Shown in pieces: positions 7,802-15,984 of a stretch of 30,322 nucleotides of DNA. Every line of letters begins with the position of its first letter. The stretch's first letter is position 1. Source of the stretch: a virus (taxonomy: Duplodnaviria; Caudoviricetes); the IMG/VR virus record IMGVR_UViG_3300046796_000198, positions 1 through 30,322 of that record; one strand, given 5' to 3'. Position numbers and translations under genes: made by a program. The notes under the pieces are model-generated. The model had not been told where the DNA came from, did not search any database, and worked only from the letters and a program-made list of their open reading frames with translations.

Positions 7802-7956
7802 TGGCCAGGAGTAAAAAAAAGGAAAGGGCTGAAGACAAGCAGGTAAAAATGTTGGTTAAATTTTTACATAAGACGCTTACAAAGTACGCGATTGGTAGTA
7901 AAAAGTACAACATACTTATAAAACAACTAGAAGACCTTGGGCAAGGGAGTGCATGA
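7801..7956 (+). CDS. Small basic protein (51 aa), homologous to the core of the 10751..11191 product
   Basis: GGAG at 7791-7794. Overlaps both neighbours. 18/35 identity with the 10907-11011 segment. Alternative start at 7798. Confidence 0.7.
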   Translation: MARSKKKERAEDKQVKMLVKFLHKTLTKYAIGSKKYNILIKQLEDLGQGSA

Positions 7957-8273
7957 ACACAGACGAGATCATCAGGTGGTTCCGACGATTCAAATACGAT
8001 CAGGAGTTCAGGGACGAGAACGGCTCCCTGACGATACGAATAACCCCGCTGTGCGAGTTTGTGGGGATAAACAGAACTAACCTCTACGCGATACTGGCGC
8101 GGAAACGGCCTCTGGGTGCGGGACACCGCAAGCGGCTGGAGTACGCTATCCAGTGCGTCCAGAACGGACTGCGCTGGCATCGCCCCGGCAGAAATTGCAA
8201 GTACGAGATCACGGGGCCGGAATTCCCGTCACTGCCGCGTTACGAATATCCCAAGTCCAGGAGAGCGGCATGA
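7953..8273 (+). CDS. Putative helix-turn-helix DNA-binding protein
   Basis: ITPLCEFVGINRTNLYAILAR fits an XRE/Cro-like HTH pattern. GGGAG RBS. Confidence 0.6.
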   Translation: MNTDEIIRWFRRFKYDQEFRDENGSLTIRITPLCEFVGINRTNLYAILARKRPLGAGHRKRLEYAIQCVQNGLRWHRPGRNCKYEITGPEFPSLPRYEYPKSRRAA

Positions 8274-8752
8274 TCATCCGGTCTTGGATTTGTCTCAATA
8301 AACACTGTCTCCACCAATGGGATGGCGAGGGTGACCATCCGCCCTGTCCCAGGTGCGGCGGCATCCGCGTGCAATGGGTGCCCAGGCCAGTGGCGCTGCG
8401 ATCAGACAGAACCAAGGAGATAGACCGCACTGTTTCCCAGTTGACGGCCGCCTACGGCGACAAAAACTACCGCTCCCCGCGCAGGCACGAGTCTACGGCG
8501 CCCAAGGTCAACCCGGTGGTGACCCCGGGCAAGACCATGAAGTTCCAGCCCGCCGGCATGGCCGGGTGGTCCGTCGATTTACCGCTTGACGCCGCCGGCA
8601 ACCCTGCGTCCATATGTGCTCCTACCGGAGTTACCGCCAAACTGCCGATTGCGGCCGGCAAATTGGGGGTCAAAACTCAGGTGAGCGAGAAGTCGCCCAA
8701 CTCCACCGGGATGGTCCCTAAATATGAGGCCATCCACCGAGGCACCAAATGA
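8270..8752 (+). CDS. Zinc-ribbon protein (FmdB-like N-terminus), 160 aa
   Basis: ATG at 8270 (ATGA overlap, AGGAG RBS). WICLNKHC...CPRCGG. Confidence 0.65.
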   Translation: MIIRSWICLNKHCLHQWDGEGDHPPCPRCGGIRVQWVPRPVALRSDRTKEIDRTVSQLTAAYGDKNYRSPRRHESTAPKVNPVVTPGKTMKFQPAGMAGWSVDLPLDAAGNPASICAPTGVTAKLPIAAGKLGVKTQVSEKSPNSTGMVPKYEAIHRGTK

Positions 8753-10476
8753 TAATCCCGCGCGGCAACATCAAAGGCGGCAAAGACCGCGACGACAAGG
8801 TGCAGTCCATTCTTGACACTTGCCTATCCTCAAAGCGCGACCGAGATGCCCTGTATCTCCGCAGAAAGAGGTACTTCATGTTTGGCACCTCGGACTACAG
8901 TGTCGAAGTAAAGTATAACAGGCTCCAGGCCCATACCGACCTGGTGGCCTCCTTCCTGTACGCGGCCGACCATTGCCGGTTCAACATTGCGGCCCCCCGC
9001 AACTCCTCCGACGAGATCGTGGCGCAGATTATGTCCATGGAGGATGAGTGGAACGATGTGTTCAGGGATTCGGGCATCGCCTACATGTTCAACGACGCCC
9101 TGCTGTGGTCCCTGGTGTTCGACTCGATGTTCATCAAAATGGGATGGAACAACGCCAGGGGTGAGCTTTTCGGCCGGCTGTTTGCCCCGCACGACTTCTC
9201 GGTCTATGACGAGTCGGAGCCGGAACTCGACAGCCAGGAAGCGTTTGTCCATTCCTATTCCATCAATTGGGACAACGCGGTACAGAGGTTGCTGCGGGCA
9301 GGGAAGAAGCCTCTCATCAAGCAGATGGCGGCCCGTCCGGGGCAATTTAGTGACGAGATGCCCCCGGTCCTAGCCAACCTCCTCATATCGGCCACCGGAG
9401 GCCCCAACCTCTCGGGCGCCATGATGGGGCGCGCCACCGTGGACTACGAGCCGAGAGCTACCTACGAGCCCAACAGCGACAATCCTATGGTTCGTTTCCA
9501 TGAGGTTTGGGTTTGGGATGACGTGACCGAGGACTTTGCCCTGTTTACATGTTGCGACGGCGTGGACGGGGTACTGTCCGACTCGCGCGACACCATCGCC
9601 GCTCTAGGACGCGCCACCTCGCTCGACAGCGTGCGCAAGCAGTACAAGGGCAAGTCCAACATATTCCTGGAGCAGGAGCATCCGTTCATTCATGTCAAGC
9701 CGTATTCGCTCTACAACTTTTTTTGGGGTGAGGCGCATAGTGACCGTCTCATACCCCTACAAGTTTGGACCAACGAAAGGCTCCAGCAAATTAGCGATAT
9801 ACTGGAACGGCAAGTGGATCCTGCCAAGGTCTTTTCTGGCTTCATGGGGCTTAGTGACGAAAAGGCCGAGGCGCTCGGCGGTCCCGGCTCGTGGGTCATG
9901 GATATGGTCCCGGGCGCGAAAGTGGATGAACTCAAGCCGCCCATGCCGGAAGACCTATTCCGTGAGTTCAATGAAATTGGGCAAATCTTCCTGGAAGCGA
10001 GTGGGCTTACTGAAACGGTCACCGGCCAAGGCACATCGGGCGTCCGAGGTCGCGGTCATGCTAAACAACTGGCGACGACCGGTTCCGGCCGAATTCGCAA
10101 AGTGGCGGTAGGGCTCGAACAGCCCCTCGTCAAGATAGCCGACATTGGTATTAAACTGATCCAGAAGAACTCCGATGTCCGCATGATGACCGACACCGGA
10201 CAGGAGTTGATCCCGGCCCTGATGGCAGAGTCCAAACTCAAGATCAGGGTGGCGGGACACAGCCACTCGCCCTTGTTTGCTGACGAGGCCAAGGAACAGG
10301 CCGCCGGCTTGTTCAAGGCCCAGGCGATTGATCGCGAGCAACTGATCCGCATGTTAAACCCGCCCAACGCCGACAACTTGATTCATCAGTTGCGCAAGCG
10401 CGTGAAGGCGGAAGTGCAGAAGGCCCAGCAGCAGGCCGCGATGGGCGGCGACAAGAAGGGGCATAAGGCGGCTTAA
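8749..10476 (+). CDS. Portal protein (podovirus/P22-like size)
   Basis: 575 aa between terL and the scaffold/capsid genes. Portal-like segments YNRLQAHTD, HPFIHV...FFWG and ASGLTETVTG. Confidence 0.8.
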   Translation: MIIPRGNIKGGKDRDDKVQSILDTCLSSKRDRDALYLRRKRYFMFGTSDYSVEVKYNRLQAHTDLVASFLYAADHCRFNIAAPRNSSDEIVAQIMSMEDEWNDVFRDSGIAYMFNDALLWSLVFDSMFIKMGWNNARGELFGRLFAPHDFSVYDESEPELDSQEAFVHSYSINWDNAVQRLLRAGKKPLIKQMAARPGQFSDEMPPVLANLLISATGGPNLSGAMMGRATVDYEPRATYEPNSDNPMVRFHEVWVWDDVTEDFALFTCCDGVDGVLSDSRDTIAALGRATSLDSVRKQYKGKSNIFLEQEHPFIHVKPYSLYNFFWGEAHSDRLIPLQVWTNERLQQISDILERQVDPAKVFSGFMGLSDEKAEALGGPGSWVMDMVPGAKVDELKPPMPEDLFREFNEIGQIFLEASGLTETVTGQGTSGVRGRGHAKQLATTGSGRIRKVAVGLEQPLVKIADIGIKLIQKNSDVRMMTDTGQELIPALMAESKLKIRVAGHSHSPLFADEAKEQAAGLFKAQAIDREQLIRMLNPPNADNLIHQLRKRVKAEVQKAQQQAAMGGDKKGHKAA

Positions 10477-10575
10477 TAGCGTCGTTCGTCGCGTTGCGCC
10501 CCGGCTATTTCTGTAGTTGAATGTCCTGGTAGAAACTCCCGCCCGCAATGACGGGTAATCAAAATGGAGGTCACC

Positions 10576-10611
10576 ATGGCTAGGCGGCACCGACGCGGCA
10601 GGCGGCGCTAA
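10576..10611 (+). CDS. Arg-rich micropeptide MARRHRRGRRR (protamine-like)
   Basis: GGAGGT at 10566-10571, ATG 10576, TAA 10609-10611, followed by a terminator. Confidence 0.6.
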   Translation: MARRHRRGRRR

Positions 10612-10643
10612 ACGCAAACCCTGTCAGTCCCCACGGACGCGAG

Positions 10644-10680
10644 AACCCCGCCTTGTCCCCCCTGGCGGGGTTTTTGTTTG
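10644..10680 (+). terminator. Rho-independent terminator
   Basis: Stem AACCCCGCC (10644-10652) / GGCGGGGTT (10664-10672) running into TTTTTGTTTG. Confidence 0.75.
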
Positions 10681-10718
10681 TCGACCGTCGCGGTGACAAG
10701 CTCCCCCATTTAGGCGTA

Positions 10719-10748
10719 TTGCTCAAAAACGAATTAGTTTTGGAGCAA
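10719..10748 (+). promoter_or_regulatory. Inverted repeat overlapping the RBS of the head operon's first gene
   Basis: TTGCTCAAAAAC-GAATTA-GTTTTGGAGCAA, 11/12 paired. Contains GGAG 10742-10745 before ATG 10751. Confidence 0.5.
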
Positions 10749-10750
10749 GA

Positions 10751-11191
10751 ATGTCTCCTCCTTTCGGCCCTCGACCACCAATGACAGCCGGCGGCATGTT
10801 GCCGCCCAGGCCGGCGTTGCCGGGAAATCCGGCCGGTGGGCCGACTGGTCCAGGATCGTCGCCCGCGCTTTCCCCCGGGGAAGGAGCAGGCAAAGAAGCG
10901 GCGGCAGACGCACAGGTAAAGTTTGCGATTGAAACTCTGCACAAGGCGCTGCTCGCCTACCCAATCGCCAGCAAGAAGTACAACGGGTTGATCAACGCCG
11001 TGAGAGCCCTCACTGCAAACTTCGGCAAGGAGCAGGACGGCGCGATGGCCCCGGCTGTCGCCACCCAGATGGCGCAAGCCGCAAAGGGTGGCGGCATTGG
11101 TGGTGCAGCGCCTCCCCCCGGAATCACACCTCGCCCCGGCATCGGCGCCCCGACAATGGCTCCGATGGAAATGCCCGGCGGCGGCGCATAA
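10751..11191 (+). CDS. Pro/Gly-rich hypothetical head-region protein
   Basis: 146 aa. Disordered P/G-rich termini around a short helical core. Confidence 0.7.
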   Translation: MSPPFGPRPPMTAGGMLPPRPALPGNPAGGPTGPGSSPALSPGEGAGKEAAADAQVKFAIETLHKALLAYPIASKKYNGLINAVRALTANFGKEQDGAMAPAVATQMAQAAKGGGIGGAAPPPGITPRPGIGAPTMAPMEMPGGGA

Positions 11192-11203
11192 CAGGAGGTT
11201 ACA

Positions 11204-11401
11204 TTGGCAGAATATAACTACCTTCGCCCCAAGGTTTCCTCGGGCGACATGGGCACCCGAAAAGCCAAGAACGGCATGTTCCAGAACGTCGCGTCCTTCT
11301 CTGAGCACGGCGGGTTCTCGTCCGCCTCCAAGGTGATGGCGCCCGACCGGCCGCTGTCCCTGGAGAAGAGTGACCTCACCCGCAAGGGCAAGCCGATCTA
11401 A
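11204..11401 (+). CDS. Small basic hypothetical protein (TTG start)
   Basis: AGGAGGT RBS upstream of TTG. Coupled to the next gene by TAATG. Confidence 0.7.
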   Translation: MAEYNYLRPKVSSGDMGTRKAKNGMFQNVASFSEHGGFSSASKVMAPDRPLSLEKSDLTRKGKPI

Positions 11402-11628
11402 TGGCCGAGAAAGCCAAAGACACCGCCGAGGCCGACAGCATCATCAATCCGTTCGGCCGCAAGGGCTACATGGTGGGCACGTCAGACAAGATGATTGTCG
11501 AAATCAATCGCAATTTCGAGAAAGCGTTCCCGACCGGCAACCTCAAAGACACCTCTAAGGCCAAGAACTACGGCAATCCGTCCGGTTACCCCGGTCTTGC
11601 CGGCATCAAACTCAAAGATGGGTACTAA
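11401..11628 (+). CDS. Hypothetical protein (75 aa)
   Basis: Coupled ORF filling the operon gap. Confidence 0.65.
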   Translation: MAEKAKDTAEADSIINPFGRKGYMVGTSDKMIVEINRNFEKAFPTGNLKDTSKAKNYGNPSGYPGLAGIKLKDGY

Positions 11629-11629
11629 C

Positions 11630-12133
11630 ATGGCTGTCACACCTGAAGTTCTGCAATCTCTGGGGCAACTGGCCATGAAACTGGCCGGCGACCCTAATAC
11701 GCGCAACGATTTTCTCAAGCAAATGAAGAAGGTGGACCCGAATTACCGCCTTCCGGCCGATGTTCAGTTCGAAGATTTCAAGTTGCAGTTCAAGCGAGAG
11801 CAGGAAGAGAAGGAAATCCGCTCCAAAGCGGAGCAGGCGCAGCGAAATGCGCGCAACCAGCGCAACAAATTGATCAATTCGGGGAAATACACCGAGGATC
11901 AGGTCAAGGAAATCGAAACCGGCGTGATGAAGAAGTACGGACTCAACGATTACGAGGCCGCCGCCAAGGTCTACGCCGCCGATATTGCTCCCTCGAAGCC
12001 ATCCAATCGCGACAAGATGCGTCACGGGCAAATCTGGGAGTTTCCAAACCTCCCTGGCCTGCTGCAAAACCCGGAAAAAGCGGCCTCGGATGCTGCCTAC
12101 GCCATCATTGATGAATTTCGCGCCGGCCGATAA
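11630..12133 (+). CDS. Putative capsid scaffolding protein (167 aa)
   Basis: Charged helical/coiled-coil protein directly before the capsid gene. ATG 11630 follows the upstream stop. Confidence 0.6.
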   Translation: MAVTPEVLQSLGQLAMKLAGDPNTRNDFLKQMKKVDPNYRLPADVQFEDFKLQFKREQEEKEIRSKAEQAQRNARNQRNKLINSGKYTEDQVKEIETGVMKKYGLNDYEAAAKVYAADIAPSKPSNRDKMRHGQIWEFPNLPGLLQNPEKAASDAAYAIIDEFRAGR

Positions 12134-12161
12134 CCGGCGGCAATAACAGTAGGAGGCTCAT

Positions 12162-13169
12162 GTGCCGGTATTCGGTCAAGGCATTATTCCAGCGCAAGGC
12201 GCGATAGCTGCGGAATTGGCGGCTGTCACCCGTCGAGCCTTCATTCCCAAGGTGTTCGTCCAACTTTGGAAGTCCACTCCGTGGATGGCGGCGATGCTTT
12301 CCCACGCTCAGGTGGCCTCCGGCGGCTTGTCACCCATCACGGTTCCCCTCCAGGGCAACCCCATGGTGACGATTCAGAACATCGGCTATGACGGATCGTT
12401 CAACCAGCCTGGTGTGACGCCTGGTTTGCAGAACGCGGAATTCGACCTCAAAGGGTATCTCACCGCCATTCCGTTCCTAGGAATGGAGGGCTTGGTCCAG
12501 TTGGACTACTCGGTAGTGCCGCTGATCGAAGCGCGCATGAACGACGCCACCAACGTTACATTAGACCGCTTCTCCACCGACATGTACAACAACATCGCCA
12601 ATACCCAGTCCATGGTTGGGTTGCCGGCGGCGGTGGATGACGGAACCTTCGCCGCCAGCTACGGCGGTCTATCCAGAACCAACAATGCGTTTTGGAAATC
12701 AACTTACGTCCACAACTCCTCGGCTACCACCCCCACCCGAAATTTGATGTTGCAATACATCAGCCAGGTGACGAAGGTTACGGGCGAGACCCCCAAGATG
12801 GGGCTCATGGGGTTTGGAACCTGGACAAATTTGGCGCAAGATTTTACCCCGAATGAACGCTACAACGTCACCCCCAATTCCTCCTTCAGCGAGGGCAAGG
12901 TCGAAGCCCTGTTCAAGGCCCTTGATATCGCCGGGGTGCCATTTTATCCCGACCCCTATTGTCCCGAGGGCACCCTCTATCTCCTCAACACTGACTACCT
13001 CTCTCTCTACATTCATGAGCGTGCATCCTTCCACTTCACCGGGTTTGAAAGCACTTTGGCCAACGGCCAGTTTGGCTATCTCGGCGCGCTCCTGACGCTT
13101 CTGGAGATGGTTGATGTCAAGTGCAAGGCCCACGGCAAGTTCGACAACCTCGCCTACCTGAACATTTAA
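12162..13169 (+). CDS. Major capsid protein (HK97 fold expected)
   Basis: 335 aa. AGGAGG RBS and GTG start. Position after portal/scaffold. C-terminal IAGVPFYPDPYCPEGTLYLLNTDYL typical of capsid proteins. Confidence 0.85.
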   Translation: MPVFGQGIIPAQGAIAAELAAVTRRAFIPKVFVQLWKSTPWMAAMLSHAQVASGGLSPITVPLQGNPMVTIQNIGYDGSFNQPGVTPGLQNAEFDLKGYLTAIPFLGMEGLVQLDYSVVPLIEARMNDATNVTLDRFSTDMYNNIANTQSMVGLPAAVDDGTFAASYGGLSRTNNAFWKSTYVHNSSATTPTRNLMLQYISQVTKVTGETPKMGLMGFGTWTNLAQDFTPNERYNVTPNSSFSEGKVEALFKALDIAGVPFYPDPYCPEGTLYLLNTDYLSLYIHERASFHFTGFESTLANGQFGYLGALLTLLEMVDVKCKAHGKFDNLAYLNI

Positions 13170-13179
13170 GGGTGAACCC

Positions 13180-14409
13180 ATGAGACTCGGTGGCGCATTT
13201 CCATTCAACCAGGCGGGTTCATTCCCGATTTCGCTTCCCGGCGGGGCCTATTCCTACCTGCCCCCGGGAAACTACCTAATCACCTTGGGTGGGCAGACCA
13301 TCCTACAGTGGTGGGACCCGGTGCAATGGTCCTGGCGCAACATGTCCACGGCCGGCGCTCCTACTTTCGCCATGGCGGTGGACGGCTACAACTGGCGCAT
13401 CATCAACATGTCGGGCGTGGTGCAAGGGGCTTCGATTACGACTCCTGGGACGGTGGGGACCAACGGCATCGGCCCCACCCAGACCGGCTGCACGGTCACC
13501 ATCGCGGCCCCGGCCTCCGGTATCCAAGCCAAAGGCTATGCCATCATCGGCGGGGCGGTTGGGACCGCAGGCGGCACCGCGACCGTTACCCAAGCCGGTT
13601 CCGGCTTCGTGACACCGCCCACCATCCTGATCGATCCGCCGCCCCCCGGAGGCATTCAGGCTACCGCAGTGGCAGCTCTGACGGCCGGCGGCGCCATCAC
13701 TTCAGTGACCATGGTTAATCCTGGCGCCGGCTACACCTCGGTGCCTAACTTCTACGTGGTGCCGCAGTTCCTGGACTACCCCGGTTCCCTGGCGCTGCCC
13801 TATACGGTTCCGGCCACCGGCTTGCCGGCTCCATACTTCCCGCCCGGCCTGATCACCAACTTGCCGCCTCAGAACTGGGCCTCTGGCCTGACCCCGGCTT
13901 CGGGAACGACTGGCGCCCTGATCACCGGCCCGGCCCTCGCCGGGAGCGCCACCCTCACCGGCCTCGTGGTCACCGACTACGGTTCCGGCTACCTTGCCTC
14001 GGCCATCCCAGCCATCACCTTCGCCAACGGCCCAACCAGCGCCGCCGCCACCGCCATTCTTTCCACCGCGCTGCTGACCCTGACCGGCGGTTCGGGCACT
14101 GCTTACACTGTTGGGAATGCCTGGGTCAGCTCGCTGGGTCTTCTCACGCCCGCTACCGCTCCGCCCATTACCACGGCCTTTTATAACAACAACTGGCTAC
14201 AGCCCCGGCCCGCCCGAGGTGTCCTCACCTCCACGGCCGGCGCCCTGACCATGGAGGACCCTGGCTTCGGGTTCCAGAAACTGCTGATCGCCGCCAACTT
14301 CGGCGTTCTGCAAAGTTCATCCATAGGAACGGGGTCCATCGTGTTCTCGGCCATGACCCAAGGCGGCATCAACGACACCTCCGTCCTGCAAATGATGATC
14401 AACGACTAG
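13180..14409 (+). CDS. Virion structural protein with G/T/A-rich beta repeats (GSGY-type modules)
   Basis: 409 aa directly after the capsid gene. Repeats QAGSGFVTPPT, NPGAGYTSVP, DYGSGYL and DPGFGF. Confidence 0.65.
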   Translation: MRLGGAFPFNQAGSFPISLPGGAYSYLPPGNYLITLGGQTILQWWDPVQWSWRNMSTAGAPTFAMAVDGYNWRIINMSGVVQGASITTPGTVGTNGIGPTQTGCTVTIAAPASGIQAKGYAIIGGAVGTAGGTATVTQAGSGFVTPPTILIDPPPPGGIQATAVAALTAGGAITSVTMVNPGAGYTSVPNFYVVPQFLDYPGSLALPYTVPATGLPAPYFPPGLITNLPPQNWASGLTPASGTTGALITGPALAGSATLTGLVVTDYGSGYLASAIPAITFANGPTSAAATAILSTALLTLTGGSGTAYTVGNAWVSSLGLLTPATAPPITTAFYNNNWLQPRPARGVLTSTAGALTMEDPGFGFQKLLIAANFGVLQSSSIGTGSIVFSAMTQGGINDTSVLQMMIND

Positions 14410-14413
14410 TCCC

Positions 14414-14677
14414 ATGGACCACATCAAGGACTTGATAGAGGCGGTCGCCAAGGCTAAACGAGATGCCTATGCAACGGCCCCGCGCGACAACAACGATCAC
14501 TTCGACGCCGCAATGTTCATTGCCATGGCGAATGCCTTTAATACGTGGATCAACTACCCGGACGAACGCGAACACCCCCCGGAACCCGAAACGCTTGCGC
14601 CGGAAGTGGTTGGGCCTCTACCGCCCCCGATAACCGAGGACGAGCTTACGCCTGCTAGAAAGAAGGCAAAATCATGA
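14414..14677 (+). CDS. Hypothetical protein (87 aa)
   Basis: Operon-coupled ORF. Confidence 0.6.
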   Translation: MDHIKDLIEAVAKAKRDAYATAPRDNNDHFDAAMFIAMANAFNTWINYPDEREHPPEPETLAPEVVGPLPPPITEDELTPARKKAKS

Positions 14678-15087
14678 CTGAACCGGTCACAGAATCTGAA
14701 CTCGGCCAGCCCCAGATCATGAATGTCAAGGTGGTCAATCGGAACGACTTTCCGATCAGCGACCGCTTTGACGGTGTGCCCTATACGTTCCCGGAGAACG
14801 TCCCCATCTCGCTGCCCATCGATGCCGCCAACCACATCTTTGGCTGGTTCCCCAGCGTGGACCTTTCAACCGTGGAGCGTCACGTCAAAAAGCGGATGGG
14901 ATGGAACACGCCGGAAATGGTCGCGGACGGTCGCGCGGACAGTTTTTACAAGAAGATCGAAATCACCCCCATCCTCTATCGAATGGTGCCGGTAGAGGTG
15001 GATGAGGAAGGCGAGCCCTTGGGTAAGAGGGCTCCCAAAGTGAACAAGACCATGGCGGCGGTGGACGCGGCAGAAGCGCGGGCTTAA
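14674..15087 (+). CDS. Hypothetical structural-region protein (137 aa)
   Basis: ATGA overlap with the previous gene. Confidence 0.65.
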   Translation: MTEPVTESELGQPQIMNVKVVNRNDFPISDRFDGVPYTFPENVPISLPIDAANHIFGWFPSVDLSTVERHVKKRMGWNTPEMVADGRADSFYKKIEITPILYRMVPVEVDEEGEPLGKRAPKVNKTMAAVDAAEARA

Positions 15088-15096
15088 GGACCATGA

Positions 15097-15984
15097 ATGC
15101 TCCTCTCCGATTACATTTCGCAAGTCCAGGAGCTTATCCACGATAGCTCTGCTATTGATTTTACAACTACAGAGCTAACGACATTCATTAACAACGCACG
15201 CACCAGGGTTGCCCTAGACTTCCATTGCGTGCGTTCTTTCTTCACCAACCTGTCCTCGATTGCCAACCAGGAAACTTACCCCATGTCCGGCGGGGTGGGT
15301 GGCGCCATAGTCACCAACGGTGGGACCTACAGCAGCACGCCTACGATTACCTTCGACCCCCCGGGGGGCGGAGGAGTAACGGCCACCGGAACGGCTGTTA
15401 TGACCGGAACGGCCCCCACCATGGTGGTATCGACCATCGCCATGACCAACTGGGGGTCCGGCTACACCACAACCCCCGCAGTCACTTTCTCGGCTGGCGC
15501 TGCCGCAGCGACGGCAGTTCCTCTCGTCCGCGTGATGGACTTCCTCTCGATCACCAGCATTTTCGGCACCCAGCGTTCCATGATGAAATGGGAGGTATTC
15601 AGCACATTTCAGGCGTTCATGCGTTCCAACACGACGCTACGAAGCGGCCAGCCGGCAGTTTGGTCCAACTACACCGAGGCTAACACCTTCTATCTATACC
15701 CGGTACCCGACCAGACTTATACCTTGGAGATTGACGCCGTGGTGTTGCCGGGGTTGCTAGTGTTGCCGACCGACAGCGATCTTCAAATAATCATGCCAAT
15801 GGCCGATTGTGTGCAGTTTTACGCGGCCCACCTAGCCCTGATCAAGTTGCAGAACTTTGGTCAGGCCGACTACTTCAATAAGAAATATGAAGAAAGGTAC
15901 CAGCAGATACAGCGCACCCGTCAGACGCGACGCATGCAGAACGCCTACCAGACTATGTGGCGCCGAATGCAGAGGGGCTGGTAA
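15097..15984 (+). CDS. Head-tail adaptor / tail tubular protein A-like, with inserted beta module
   Basis: Helical N-terminus (LTTFINNARTRVA), YLYPVPDQTY and helical C-terminus typical of adaptors. Synteny. Confidence 0.65.
   Translation: MLLSDYISQVQELIHDSSAIDFTTTELTTFINNARTRVALDFHCVRSFFTNLSSIANQETYPMSGGVGGAIVTNGGTYSSTPTITFDPPGGGGVTATGTAVMTGTAPTMVVSTIAMTNWGSGYTTTPAVTFSAGAAAATAVPLVRVMDFLSITSIFGTQRSMMKWEVFSTFQAFMRSNTTLRSGQPAVWSNYTEANTFYLYPVPDQTYTLEIDAVVLPGLLVLPTDSDLQIIMPMADCVQFYAAHLALIKLQNFGQADYFNKKYEERYQQIQRTRQTRRMQNAYQTMWRRMQRGW

Noticed and set aside
12160-12207. Out-of-frame ATG beside the capsid GTG giving a 15-aa peptide
   Set aside because: Only 3 nt from AGGAGG, whereas GTG 12162 has better spacing and opens the 335-aa frame.
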